This document shows positions 22,000 through 32,903 of a stretch of 64,000 nucleotides of DNA, piece after piece; within the stretch, counting starts at the first letter, position 1; each line of letters begins with the position of its first letter. Position numbers and translations under genes: made by a program. Location of the stretch: the NCBI GenBank assembly GCA_963779615.1, contig CAVZZA010000005.1:704001-768000 (forward strand). Direction: 5' to 3'. The notes beneath the pieces were generated by a model, which was not told the origin of the DNA, made no database searches, and worked only from the letters and a program-made list of their open reading frames with translations. Source of the DNA: an uncultured Nitrososphaeraceae archaeon. GTDB taxonomy: Archaea > Thermoproteota > Nitrososphaeria > Nitrososphaerales > Nitrososphaeraceae.

Positions 22000-23133
22000 T
22001 TAAAATTTTTCCATGGCTTTATTTAGAGAGTCAGAAGGCACATTAATCCCCAATATCCTTAAGGCCGATTCGACAGAAGACAAAGTTCTTATCACATGAT
22101 ATTTGTTTACCTCCCCCATAGACCCTATTCTAAACACTTTACCTTTCAAATTCCCAAAACCACCGGCTACCAATACCTTGAATTCATTGGACAAAAGATC
22201 CCTGAATTTTTTATCTTCTATACCCGGTAAATAATTAACTGCAATTACGACATTGCTTCTTGCGTTGGGTTTGGCAAAAGGTGTCAGGCCCATTGAACCC
22301 AATCCAGTGTAAAAAGCATCAGCACATTGTTTATGCCTCTCAATACGCCTATCAACTCCTTCTTCGAATATCATATCAAGGGCCTCGTTATAAGCATAAC
22401 AAAGGGGCAATGCAGGGGTAAATGGAGTTTCAGAGTGTTCTTGGTAATACTTGAAATATCTTTTTAAATTAAAATACAATATAGGGGAAGAGTTATCTTG
22501 AATATATTTTTTAGCTTTTGGGCTTATAGATATTGGCGATACACCAGGAGGGGCAGCAATAGCTTTTTGAGATGCGGTGATACATATATCAATATTCCAT
22601 TTATCAGTAGGCAGATCATCACCTCCTAAGATAGAAACTGAATCAGCAATAAAAAAACAACCTTGCTTTGCACACAAATCACCAAGTTTATCCATATAAC
22701 GAATTGTTGTTCCAGTAGAAGTTTCATTGTAAACGGCATAAAGTGCTTTTATATCTTTGTGTTCATCGAATGCTTGTTCAAATTTTTCATATGGAGGATT
22801 TTCACCAAATTGCGATTCAATTCTTATTGATTGACCACCCCAGCTATCAATTAGATCTGCCAAGCGTGTACTAAACTCACCATTTACTGGAATTACAACC
22901 TTATCACCCTTTTTTATGAGATTAACAACGGAAGACTCTACAGCACCTGTTCCTGAACAAGATAATAACACAACATCACTTTCTGTTTGAAACAGTTTTT
23001 GAGTTTTCTCAATAATGGATTTATAAAGTGTCCTAAAATCATCACTCCTATGGTTTATGATTGGAGCCAACATTGCATTCATAACCCTATTTGGAACATT
23101 GGTTGGACCAGGCAACATTACTAAATAATCCAT
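22000..23133 (-). CDS. Class V PLP aminotransferase (serine-pyruvate/alanine-glyoxylate family)
   Basis: MLPGPT, NETSTG, ASQKAIAAPPG, FRIGSMG. Confidence 0.92.
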   Translation of the reverse strand: MDYLVMLPGPTNVPNRVMNAMLAPIINHRSDDFRTLYKSIIEKTQKLFQTESDVVLLSCSGTGAVESSVVNLIKKGDKVVIPVNGEFSTRLADLIDSWGGQSIRIESQFGENPPYEKFEQAFDEHKDIKALYAVYNETSTGTTIRYMDKLGDLCAKQGCFFIADSVSILGGDDLPTDKWNIDICITASQKAIAAPPGVSPISISPKAKKYIQDNSSPILYFNLKRYFKYYQEHSETPFTPALPLCYAYNEALDMIFEEGVDRRIERHKQCADAFYTGLGSMGLTPFAKPNARSNVVIAVNYLPGIEDKKFRDLLSNEFKVLVAGGFGNLKGKVFRIGSMGEVNKYHVIRTLSSVESALRILGINVPSDSLNKAMEKF

Positions 23134-23219
23134 AGCACTTTCAAGTAAACAGCACTATCAGCCGTTATTTATAAGTAATTCAAAAACAATAATATTCACA
23201 ATTTAATAAAGAAAAAATA

Positions 23220-24338
23220 TTGCAAAATAAAAGGAGAATTAAATTATTTGAATTAATAAACAACAAAGAAAAAAAAAATGAATCCCAGAATAAGTTAATA
23301 ATCTTATTTAAACCCGAAAATATTTTCTATTTCACAAGTTTTTGGGGAGAAGGCATAACAATAATATCAGACAAATCACAAACAAAACTTTTGGTCCCGC
23401 GTTTAGAATATACAAGGGCAATCAATACCTCAAAAGAATGTGATGTAATACCATCTGAGAGAGGAATTGCAATAATTAATACACTGACTAATTTCATTCA
23501 AGACAAAGACATTGTTTATTCGGATATTAATGATTTTGACACCATAATAAAAATTCAGCAAAAAATAGGAAATAAAAATTTGGTTATTGATAACAATTTA
23601 TTGTATAAATTAAGAGAAATAAAAGATACTGAAGAAATTGACAACATAAAAAATGCATCAAAAATAATTGACAAGTTATTTGAAATTGCAGTAAAAGAAA
23701 TTAAAGAAGACGTAACCGAGGAACAAATTCAATCGATTTTAGTGTATGAAGCAATGAAATTAGGGGCAAGGTTTCCGTCATATCCATATACAACTAATCC
23801 ATTAATTATTGCTAGCGGACCCCAAGGCTCATTCCCACATGCAGAAACATCAAGTAAAAAAATGAAAGCAGGGGAATTAATAGTAATAGACATAACTCTA
23901 AGTTTTAATCACTATGTTTCTGACTCGACTAGGACTTTTGGGCTAGGAAACATTACAAGAGAAATGCAGGATGTTTATGCAACAGTAAAAACATCTCAAG
24001 AAAATGGTATTGAATACATTAGAAATACTTCTGACTTTTCAGATATAGATGCTTGTTGTAGAAAGATCATAATGAACAGTAAAAAGGGAGAACATTTCAC
24101 ACATTCTACAGGACATGGAATTGGTCTTGAGGTTCATGAACCTCCATGGATAAGACCTGCCTCCAATAGCAAGATTAAAGAAAATATGACGATTACAATA
24201 GAACCCGGAATATACATTGAAAATAGATTTGGGGCGAGGATAGAAGACAGTATTTGGATAACAGGGAAAAGAAGCAAAGAGGATGGATACAATTTTATAA
24301 ATTTTCACTCATTCAGTAAAGAATTGATGATTTTATAA
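23220..24338 (+). CDS. Xaa-Pro aminopeptidase (M24B)
   Basis: SDSTRT, HSTGHGIGLEVHE, TIEPGIY, RIED. Confidence 0.92.
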   Translation: MQNKRRIKLFELINNKEKKNESQNKLIILFKPENIFYFTSFWGEGITIISDKSQTKLLVPRLEYTRAINTSKECDVIPSERGIAIINTLTNFIQDKDIVYSDINDFDTIIKIQQKIGNKNLVIDNNLLYKLREIKDTEEIDNIKNASKIIDKLFEIAVKEIKEDVTEEQIQSILVYEAMKLGARFPSYPYTTNPLIIASGPQGSFPHAETSSKKMKAGELIVIDITLSFNHYVSDSTRTFGLGNITREMQDVYATVKTSQENGIEYIRNTSDFSDIDACCRKIIMNSKKGEHFTHSTGHGIGLEVHEPPWIRPASNSKIKENMTITIEPGIYIENRFGARIEDSIWITGKRSKEDGYNFINFHSFSKELMIL

Positions 24339-24410
24339 CAATCGTAAGGATGCAATAAAAGAAAATTCTCGTAACCTATAAAAAACTATATTACCTAAAT
24401 AATAAATAAA

Positions 24411-24495
24411 GAATGGGTAGTGGGGATGAGGTATTTTACGCTGCTCCAGTCTGAGTTTTCACAATGATGACCTCGCGACGAACTGACCCATATTC
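24411..24495 (+). ncRNA. C/D-box guide sRNA
   Basis: Box C GGGATGA 24423-29, D' CTGA 24451-54, C' ATGATGA 24464-70, D CTGA 24483-86, terminal ATGGG/CCCAT stem, GC-rich in AT-rich spacer. Confidence 0.78.
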
Positions 24496-24557
24496 CTTGC
24501 ATTTAATTTGAATATGATATGAAATTATAAATACAATAATTCATTTATTAAAATTAC

Positions 24558-25442
24558 TTGATTGAAATAGATTATGATTACCCGTTATATAGACCTCCTT
24601 CTGAAGCGAATTCTTTAATTTTTCAGATAACTTTGGGCTGTTCATTTAACAAGTGTTCCTTCTGTAATATGTATCGTACAAAAGAATATTCTGAAAGACC
24701 GATCGAAGTAATTAAAGAAGAAATAGAGACAATGTCAAAAGCGCAACCAACCGCAACAAGAATTTTTTTAGCTGATGGAGATGCATTAAACGTCTCAACA
24801 AAAAATTTAATTGAAATACTAAAACACATTAAGAGTAGCTTTAGAAAACTAGAAAGGATCTCGGTTTATTCTATGCCAAAAAACCTCATACAAAAGACAG
24901 ATGAAGAATTGCGAGCTTTAAAAAAATCTGGTTTAGACATGGTATATCTAGGGATAGAAAGTGGCAATAACACCATATTAAAAAAAGTAACAAAAGGTGC
25001 ATCAAGAGAAATGATCATCAATAGTTGTAAAAAAGCAAAGGAACACGGATTTATTCTCTCTTGTATGATAATACTAGGTCTTGGTGGAAAAAAATACTCG
25101 GATTATCACGCTATCGATACCTCAAACGCAATTAATCAGATAGAGCCTAACTATCTGGGTGCATTAACACTATACATGGAGCCTGAAATAGAAAAAGAAT
25201 TTTATTCAAAGTTTAATGAACCTTTTCAACCATTAGAAGATTTAGAAATATTGAATGAAATGGAAAAATTAATTTCAAATATTGATGTCAAAGAAGAGGT
25301 CATTTTCAGAGCAAACCATGCCTCTAATGTTTACTCGGTAGGAGGAACCCTACCTCAAGAAAAGGAAAAAATAATAGAGAAAATCAAATATTTAAAAAAC
25401 CACCCTGAAATACTAAAACCAAAGGTTTTAAGGAGATTTTGA
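24558..25442 (+). CDS. Radical SAM protein of unknown function
   Basis: YRPPSEA, GCSFNKCSFC, FLADGDAL, FRANHASN. Confidence 0.88.
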   Translation: MIEIDYDYPLYRPPSEANSLIFQITLGCSFNKCSFCNMYRTKEYSERPIEVIKEEIETMSKAQPTATRIFLADGDALNVSTKNLIEILKHIKSSFRKLERISVYSMPKNLIQKTDEELRALKKSGLDMVYLGIESGNNTILKKVTKGASREMIINSCKKAKEHGFILSCMIILGLGGKKYSDYHAIDTSNAINQIEPNYLGALTLYMEPEIEKEFYSKFNEPFQPLEDLEILNEMEKLISNIDVKEEVIFRANHASNVYSVGGTLPQEKEKIIEKIKYLKNHPEILKPKVLRRF

Positions 25443-25518
25443 TTAATTTTTCAGATTTAGATAAAAAAACAATGCGTTATTATTTTAGCGAAAGGCGTAA
25501 ACTAAAAAATAAAAAAAT

Positions 25519-25866
25519 TTATTTATTTCCACCCATGCCTAACATTTTTAATAATTTATCCACAATACTTGTTTGGTTATCGCTTGTCTGGCCGGAAGCG
25601 TTTGTGCCAGCAGATGTTTGGTTATCGGTGCCCATAGTGCCAGCAGATGTTTGGTTATCGGTGCCCATAGTGCCAGCAGATGTTTGGTTATCGGTGCCCA
25701 TAGTGCCAGCAGATGTTTGGTTATCGGTGCCCATAGTGCCAGCAGATGTTTGGTTTTCTTGAGCACTGGAAGTGCCAATTCCCCCAATCATAACAGTCAT
25801 GATGCCTGCAAAAGCAAACATTGCTAATGCGTATTTATTAAAATTCATTAAAGTGTACTGGTACAA
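25519..25866 (-). CDS. Small secreted repeat protein
   Basis: Signal peptide ending SSAQ then NQTSAGTMGTD repeats. Confidence 0.75.
   Translation of the reverse strand: MYQYTLMNFNKYALAMFAFAGIMTVMIGGIGTSSAQENQTSAGTMGTDNQTSAGTMGTDNQTSAGTMGTDNQTSAGTMGTDNQTSAGTNASGQTSDNQTSIVDKLLKMLGMGGNK
25604..25755 (-). repeat. 33 bp perfect tandem repeat, about 4.6 copies
   Basis: gtgccagcagatgtttggttatcggtgcccata units without spacers. Confidence 0.92.
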
Positions 25867-25995
25867 GGTTATTTTTAAGATTTACATATAAATTTTCTAT
25901 ATAAATTATTTTTATTCACATAAAAAATAACCTTCCTACTTAAAAAAAATGAAAAAAAAATACATTTTAGTTGAAATCATAATAAATAAAAATCC

Positions 25996-27069
25996 TTAAT
26001 GGGGCACAGCTGCCCCCGGCATAAAGAACTGGACAACTATACTCAGCACATATAAAGCCAATAGAAATACCCCTACCTTAAGTCCTATAGTTCGCCTAAA
26101 CAAAGGAACCAGGGCTATCAGGGTAATAGAGGTAGCTAAAATCATTTGAGATCCCAACATAGCGTTATTTTCAATGGTTGTAAAGAATCCCCCATGATAC
26201 ATTGCAGCAAATATTGCCACTCCAAGCAGCAATGAATTGTTTAAGACTTTTGACCCTAAGACGTTAGCTATAGCTATTGATGCCCCCGCGGCACCTTTTC
26301 TTGCCAAGATCATCATAGAGATTTTTTCGGGCATCTCACCGGCAATTGGACTGATAATCACAGCTAAAACAATTGTGGAGACCCCAATATCGACTGAAAA
26401 AGACTGCAAAGAGTCAATAAATGGACTAGCCCCAATTGCTATGCCTATAGTACCAATAACAAATGCTAAAATAGCTTTTGTCATTTGTGGTTTTGTAACT
26501 TCAACGTGATGTTGTGGAGAAGATTCAATTGAAGACAAAGTCTCAACAGCAGCAGCAGCCCTAACAGCATCTTTATCCTTATTTTCCCGTTTTATTTTAT
26601 TTTCTTTCTTCATCTCTGCAAAGGCAACAAAAATATAACCTACAAAGATCCCAATGAAAATAAAACCATCAACGTAATTATAGCCATCAATTAATAAAAT
26701 TGCACTCAATATGGCAGAACCCAATAGAAAAAGTTTATCTGATTTAAATGAACTTATATCTAACTGCTTTAATGGAGATTTGGAAAGCCTTGTGGTAGCT
26801 ATTAAAAGCATCAATGCCAACCCAAGCGTCATCATCAAAATGTTACTTCCAAGACCTGCACCAATAGCAACATCATAAAGGCCAGCAGCCGACGCATAGA
26901 TAACAATAGCAATTTCTGGCAGAGTAGTTGCGACGCTCAATAAGGTTCTTCCTACAAATTTTCCTCCAAATTTAAGAGAAAGATGTTCTGCTCCGTATGA
27001 TAATATCCAGCTCGCAAAGCTTAATTCCCCAAGCCAAAGTAGCATAGTCAAAAGATTTTCTGAATTCAA
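25996..27069 (-). CDS. Na+/Ca2+ exchanger (CaCA) family antiporter
   Basis: Alpha repeats ATTLPE...GSN and AGEMPE...GS; about 10 TM segments. Confidence 0.88.
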   Translation of the reverse strand: MNSENLLTMLLWLGELSFASWILSYGAEHLSLKFGGKFVGRTLLSVATTLPEIAIVIYASAAGLYDVAIGAGLGSNILMMTLGLALMLLIATTRLSKSPLKQLDISSFKSDKLFLLGSAILSAILLIDGYNYVDGFIFIGIFVGYIFVAFAEMKKENKIKRENKDKDAVRAAAAVETLSSIESSPQHHVEVTKPQMTKAILAFVIGTIGIAIGASPFIDSLQSFSVDIGVSTIVLAVIISPIAGEMPEKISMMILARKGAAGASIAIANVLGSKVLNNSLLLGVAIFAAMYHGGFFTTIENNAMLGSQMILATSITLIALVPLFRRTIGLKVGVFLLALYVLSIVVQFFMPGAAVPH

Positions 27070-27130
27070 AAACTAGTTAGGCTTGGTTTCTTTCAAGATA
27101 TAAATTTATAACTCCGCCATTTAGCATATG

Positions 27131-28161
27131 TTATCTAAAATCCATCTCTCAACAGATAGTTTCTCATATCAAGACTGAACCTTTTTGTTCTAAATACCTA
27201 GATGTCCTGTTTTTAAAATCTGCGAATGACGGATAGTAACTTAGCACAAGCAGGGCTCGTTGCTACATTCCACACATCCTCCATCACCATGAACTCTGGT
27301 GATGCAGTTGGAAGGTATACGGGTATCAGAGTATCATTGTTTTTCTCAAAACATTTTTTTACCTTCCTTGACCTGTGGTGTGGTGATCCATTGTCCAGAA
27401 ACAGATGGCATTTTGGAAATTTATTATGAATTGTCTTCAGGAACTCCTGGAACGTGTCTCCATTGAACCCGTCGTGTTTTCTGAACAGCTGCTTTCCTTC
27501 GACTCAAGGCTCCGAAAATGCATAATTGGATATTTATGAGAGCCTGTTACCCTCACTATGGGTCTCTTGCCTTTTTCAATCCAAACCCTTCTTACCAGAA
27601 AATCACAGAAGAAAAAGGATTCATCCAGAGACACTAGGGTAAAGAAGCCTTCTTTTTCCTCTTCTTTTTGTTGCTGCCGACTATCCAAAGGTATCTGGGT
27701 GGCCTTTTTTTGAAATCATCCTTCTCATCTTTGGTTGCTGTGTTGACATGTATCTTTCTTGGCGCCTTCTGCTTGAAGCCCCACCTGCGGAGATGGGTAT
27801 ATGTGGGTATAGTGATAGTTTATCCCACTTTTCTTTACGATTTACTCATCCACCTGTTTTGTGGTCCAGCCCTGGTTGTTTTCTTTTAGTTATTTCTTAA
27901 TCGGGCAACAGGCTTCTTCAGATAGCTCCGGGGGTCTGCCGCTTTTAATCCTGCACCTCAATCCCTCTGTGCCTTCATCATCATACCTTTTTATCCAGTC
28001 TGAGGCCCAAGGGTTGCTTCTGTTCATTTCCTTGGCAGCACGAAAGGTGAACATGCCCATCTTCTCTTGCCCTAATGATTAGCATTAGTCTTTCCTTCAC
28101 CTTTGAGTCTGTTTCCCTTTTTGTACAGATCAACCAATTTGGCTTTGTTGGTCAATGACAT
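27131..28161 (-). mobile_element. IS630-family transposase pseudogene
   Basis: Fragments SLDESFF, FLDNGSPH, YLPTASPEFMVMEDVW across frames; ends not resolved. Confidence 0.82.
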
Positions 28162-28317
28162 TGAGAACAGATAGGTAAGTGCGAAGTAGTAAATAGTTTT
28201 TTGTTCATCTCATAATTGCCATGGCAATTTGTTTAGAATACTTGTGCTAATTGGTATTTTTTCATCAAAGAAAATAAGAAAAAAATAACTGCAAGTTTTA
28301 TCAAATGAAGAGAATAG

Positions 28318-28908
28318 TTGGCCACATTACATTTTGCTAGCAGCAATGAAAATAAATTTTTAGAAATTGAGAGGCTTTTCGAAAAAGAAAAGGAAACAAA
28401 AAATGAAAAAAACATACAAATTCTCTTCTCGAAAATTATAATCAAAGAGATCCAATCCGATTCAATAATAGAAGTTGCAGAAGATAAAGCTAAAAAGGCA
28501 TTCAAAATTGTTAAAAAACCGCTCATTGTAGAGGATGATGGATTATTTATAGAAGATTTAAATGGGTTTCCAGGAATATATTCATCTTTTGTTTTTACCA
28601 CCATAGGAAATAAAGGAATATTAGATTTACTCAAGGATAATAAAAAAAGAAGAGCTAATTTTTTATCAATTTTCTCTTTTTGTGATGGAAAAACTATAAA
28701 AACATTTAGCGGTGAAACGGCAGGATACATAACTACAGAAATTTTTCCTGAAGGATGGGGTTTTGATCCTATTTTTCAACCAATAAACGAAAATCAAACC
28801 TACGGACAAATAAACACCATAAAGAAAAATGAAATATCACACAGATCAAAAGCATTCAAAAAATTCCTAAAGTGGTATGATATTAATTATCATAACAATG
28901 AAGAATAA
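28318..28908 (+). CDS. rdgB: Non-canonical purine NTP pyrophosphatase (RdgB/HAM1)
   Basis: ASSNENK, EDDGL, GFPGIYS, GFDPIF, KNEISHR. Confidence 0.93.
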   Translation: MATLHFASSNENKFLEIERLFEKEKETKNEKNIQILFSKIIIKEIQSDSIIEVAEDKAKKAFKIVKKPLIVEDDGLFIEDLNGFPGIYSSFVFTTIGNKGILDLLKDNKKRRANFLSIFSFCDGKTIKTFSGETAGYITTEIFPEGWGFDPIFQPINENQTYGQINTIKKNEISHRSKAFKKFLKWYDINYHNNEE

Positions 28909-28926
28909 GAATAAGAATAAACCAAA

Positions 28927-29964
28927 TTATTGATTCATAACATGATTCTCAATCCACCTTGAGACAAGACGTTCAGTATTTTGCAATACAACAATTCGGG
29001 AAATCTCACTTTCGTCCATTGTTGAATATCCTAAAAGATGTTTTTTGATGCCTTGCGAAAAGTTTTGGACCTCATCCATTTCCAACATATTAGACTCCTC
29101 CAATCTGTTGATGGACATTCCTACATGCATGTATGACTTTAGTTCAATAAAATGAGGCGATCCTTTTTTTAACAAATTAGCAAATTCTGAATAATACTTT
29201 TTATCATCATTGAAATTACGTATTAAAGTCATTCGTAAAACGGTTCTTGTTTTTGCTTCGGAAATAAATTGTAAACTTTGTAACCATCTTTCCCAAGCGT
29301 CTTTGTGTCTCGGGCCATTTATCTTGTAAAACATATTCTTGTTGGAGGCATTAGTGGACAAGTAGATTTGGGTTGGTAGTGCGTTTTCATCCTGAAGTTT
29401 GTATAGCATGTCTGGCTCTTGGCCATTAGTAACTAGAAAAATTGATTTGGTCGCTTTTAATGTGTATAAATACTTTATAAGAGCGGGTAATTTTGGATAC
29501 ATCGTTGGCTCTCCGGAAAGGGAAATAGCATAATGCTCTGGAAAAAAAGATTCATCCAATTTTGTAGTATTGACGTCCTTTTTACCATAAAATCCAACCA
29601 ATAGCTTCCTCCTTTCTTCCAAAAGGTTATGGACAATTGTTTTTGGATCATCAACTAAATGCTCAGGCATTTCCAGAGTATCATAAAATTCTGCAGGTCT
29701 CCAACAATAAATGCATCTATTCTCGCAGTTCATTGCGCATGGAGTCATTTCCATACACCTATGAGTGGAAATTCCATAGAATTTGTGTTTATAGCAAGAA
29801 GATTCAGTCGAAAAAGATTTTTTTGTATAGTGACACAGTTCTACAGCAGAGTGATTAAATACGCCGTATTTTGCTTTGCTTAATTTTTTTTTTACAGATG
29901 GGGTAATTTGGATCAGATTGTCATCAGAATAGCTATGAGAATACACTTCACCAGAACAGCTCAT
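28927..29964 (-). CDS. taw1: 4-demethylwyosine synthase (radical SAM)
   Basis: CYKHKFYGI, CENRCIYCWR, AISLSGEPT; start taken at MSCSGE. Confidence 0.92.
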   Translation of the reverse strand: MSCSGEVYSHSYSDDNLIQITPSVKKKLSKAKYGVFNHSAVELCHYTKKSFSTESSCYKHKFYGISTHRCMEMTPCAMNCENRCIYCWRPAEFYDTLEMPEHLVDDPKTIVHNLLEERRKLLVGFYGKKDVNTTKLDESFFPEHYAISLSGEPTMYPKLPALIKYLYTLKATKSIFLVTNGQEPDMLYKLQDENALPTQIYLSTNASNKNMFYKINGPRHKDAWERWLQSLQFISEAKTRTVLRMTLIRNFNDDKKYYSEFANLLKKGSPHFIELKSYMHVGMSINRLEESNMLEMDEVQNFSQGIKKHLLGYSTMDESEISRIVVLQNTERLVSRWIENHVMNQ

Positions 29965-30093
29965 TTTAGTTTTTAGATAATGTACAAATATAAGTTTTAA
30001 AAACAAAAACAAATATGGAAATAGTTTAACAATACATTTGTGAAACTTTAAAACAATTATATATTATTGCGAAATATTTACTTTTGAAAACGT

Positions 30094-30195
30094 GGCCTTC
30101 GTAGTATAGCCTGGTTAGTATAGGCGGCTGTGGACGTCAATGCTTAAAGTGACGATAGAAACCGCTCGAGGAGGGTTCAAATCCCTCCGAAGGCC
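30094..30195 (+). tRNA. tRNA-His(GTG) with 27 nt intron (30134-30160) and encoded G-1
   Basis: Acceptor GCCTTCG/CGAAGGC, anticodon arm GGCGG-CTGTGG^A-CCGCT, TTCAAAT T-loop, bulge-helix-bulge splice motif. Confidence 0.93.
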
Positions 30196-30602
30196 TTTTC
30201 AATACAAAGTTATTAGCAACAGTAGTATTTGGAGATATAATGAAAATGGAAGGTAGCTTATAAAATTTTCATTTTTCCTTCATTTAATATAGATAATGTT
30301 TTCAAATACAAGCCTAGTGCTAAATGGATCGAGATGCATTAGAGATAGAATTGGTACACTTTTTGATTTTATCGGATCTCATCTATATAGATGGAGATTT
30401 CCTTTTTACACAGGTACAAGTTATATCCATAATACTAGAAATGTCTTGATCTTGTAGAAATTATGTCGGTCTTAGAGAGGAGTCGTATCATAATACATAT
30501 AAAAGTATGAAAAAAGTTAGAAACCGGTTAAAAAATTGCATTTTTAGAAAACTAACAAAAGTTAAGAATAAAATATAACAATATCTATTTTCAAGTAATA
30601 AA

Positions 30603-30800
30603 ATGGAACAAGTTAAGACTTTCGAGCACAATCAACGTGTTACGCTTGATAATTTGGTAAATGAATTTCTTAAAGAGATAAGCAGCAAGGGATATGATTT
30701 GTTAGAAATTTACTATAATACAGTTTGGAATCATAACCAAAATTATGCAGAATACAGCGCCACAGTATTATATAATGACAGTAAAGAACAGGACACATAA
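30603..30800 (+). CDS. Small hypothetical protein
   Basis: ATG start, natural globular composition. Confidence 0.6.
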   Translation: MEQVKTFEHNQRVTLDNLVNEFLKEISSKGYDLLEIYYNTVWNHNQNYAEYSATVLYNDSKEQDT

Positions 30801-30801
30801 T

Positions 30802-31840
30802 AGACCTCTTGCATAAACCCCTAAACAGCTTTATGACCATCAGATTATGAATTTCAAGTCCTTTCTGCTTTCGTATGACAGGTTATCCAGAAAACCATTG
30901 CTTTTCAAGTCGTTCACCGGCCTAACGGTAAAGGAGTTTGATGACATTTACGATAAGGAGACGGCAAAAAGACACGGCAGGCATAAGATGGGATGTTTAT
31001 CCAAAGAAAAAGACAGGGAACGATCCATATGTACTGGACGACATTTCAAACTGGATGCAAAGGACAGGTTTCTGATGCTGCTTTCATATTACCGTCACTA
31101 CATAACCTGCACGTCGGCTGGATTTTTGTTTGACCGGACCAGAGTAACATCTGCAGGGATACAGAAGATTGAACCATTGGTAAGAAAGTGCGTGCCAATT
31201 CCGAAAAAGATGCACAAATTAACAAAAAGGCTGCGTACACAAGAGAGGTTGAAAAGTGCTTTCCCAGGCATTCTGTCTTTCACAGATTGCACAGAACAGC
31301 AGATACCAAGGCCTGAGAACAAAACAAGAAGAAAGGCGTATTATTCGGATAAGAAAAAAATACATGCTGTAAAGACGCAGATCATGGTTAACAACCATGT
31401 CCTCATCATTCACAAAACAGGCCACAAGAAAGGAAAAAGGCATGACTATGACATCTATAAAAAGAATCACCCTGTCACTCCAAAACAGGTTGTCATCATG
31501 TTTGACCCGGGTTGTATTGGGGTTGGAAAAGACTTTCCAGAACAAACATCATCCATGCCAAAGAAAAAGAAGAGGAACCAAAAAGATCTGCCTAATTAGG
31601 AAAAAGGCTAAAATCAACACCATTCTAAAAAAAGGACAGTGATAGAGCATACTATCTGCAGCCTCAAAATGTACAGGATAATGAGCGATACATCTAGAAA
31701 CAGCCTCAAAAAGTGTGACAAAGTGTCAGATATAGCATCAGGACTGGCAAACTATAGTAGGATAATAAACCACAATTATTAGATGGCAAATTCAAATGAC
31801 ATATGGAATGGTGTTTTGTATTCCTAATTATGCAAGATCT
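30802..31840 (+). mobile_element. IS5-family (DDE_Tnp_4-type) element, degenerate
   Basis: FKSFTGL, DCTEQQIPRP, YYSDKKKIH, HDY motifs; ends share tcttgcataa/ttatgcaaga; frameshifted C-terminus. Confidence 0.85.
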
Positions 31841-32348
31841 AATGGGTAGATTTTCATATTATTGCTATTTGTAGGACATTTTTAATTACCTACAATGTAT
31901 TTTGTACAATTGAGACTAAAAAATATAATCAACGCCTCATCAAATAATTCTATTCCATCAAGAAGAGACGCGTTTATGACTCGACTATAAGTATAAAAAT
32001 AGATGTCAAAATTTATGACCAGTACTTTAATACAAAAAAACAAGAAACATAAATTAAAGCATATTAATAACTGGCTCAATCTATTGATTGGCAATCAAAA
32101 TAAAGAATTATTAAGTGAACAATTAATGAGAATGTTTTAGAATCCTATAAAGTATGCAGTCATTATTAAAAGTTAATTAACTAAAACACGAAAAAAGACA
32201 TCGATGAAAATGACCTCAAAAAGATTTACTCTGTTAACGAACTTACTAACTAATCAACTAATAAATATGACCAAATATATTGTTTATATGAATTAAATTA
32301 AACACTAGTCACAATTCCTCAACATCAACAACAGGCTCATCATCACAG

Positions 32349-32903
32349 ATGCCTTATCCCACAATCAAACCGAAAGACAAATTAAAAGACTCCCTAGACC
32401 TGATGAGAGAAAATTTGATTGATCAATATATCTGCATCTTAAAAACAATCGTTTATCTTAATTCAGTTTCACAGTCTAATGGAACCATCATAGAATCTAT
32501 CTCTGATTTAAATAATCAGCTCATTAGAAAATCATCTGAAATAAACGGTGATGAGAATTCAACTACAACAGAAGAAATCAATCAATCTAACAAGCAACAA
32601 AACATACTATCTGTAATGAATTATCTCAAGTTTACAGGCTTTATTGATTATTATATTGACAATATGAAAAAAGACAAAATTACAATAACTATATCTCCTG
32701 TTATATCAGCATTTTTACTACAATATTATTTCGAAATAATAAATGTGTTGGACAATCCTAACAATAGTTCTTCGTTATTAAAGGACACTAAACATAAAGA
32801 AGATGAAAAAATTCTCCTATTGCAAAAATTATTTGTAGCTTCATCACTTATAGGTTCTACAGGTGGTACTGGTGCTGCGCAGTCAACTTCAGTAGACTAC
32901 TAA
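32349..32903 (+). CDS. Hypothetical protein, possibly remnant of a longer gene
   Basis: 184 aa ORF; upstream sequence looks like stop-interrupted coding DNA. Confidence 0.5.
   Translation: MPYPTIKPKDKLKDSLDLMRENLIDQYICILKTIVYLNSVSQSNGTIIESISDLNNQLIRKSSEINGDENSTTTEEINQSNKQQNILSVMNYLKFTGFIDYYIDNMKKDKITITISPVISAFLLQYYFEIINVLDNPNNSSSLLKDTKHKEDEKILLLQKLFVASSLIGSTGGTGAAQSTSVDY

Noticed and set aside
25604-25755. 33 bp repeats as a CRISPR array
   Set aside because: Units are contiguous with no spacers, in-frame inside a secreted protein, and no cas genes are present
30379-30400. Palindrome tctcatctatatagatggaga
   Set aside because: Single copy with no supporting context
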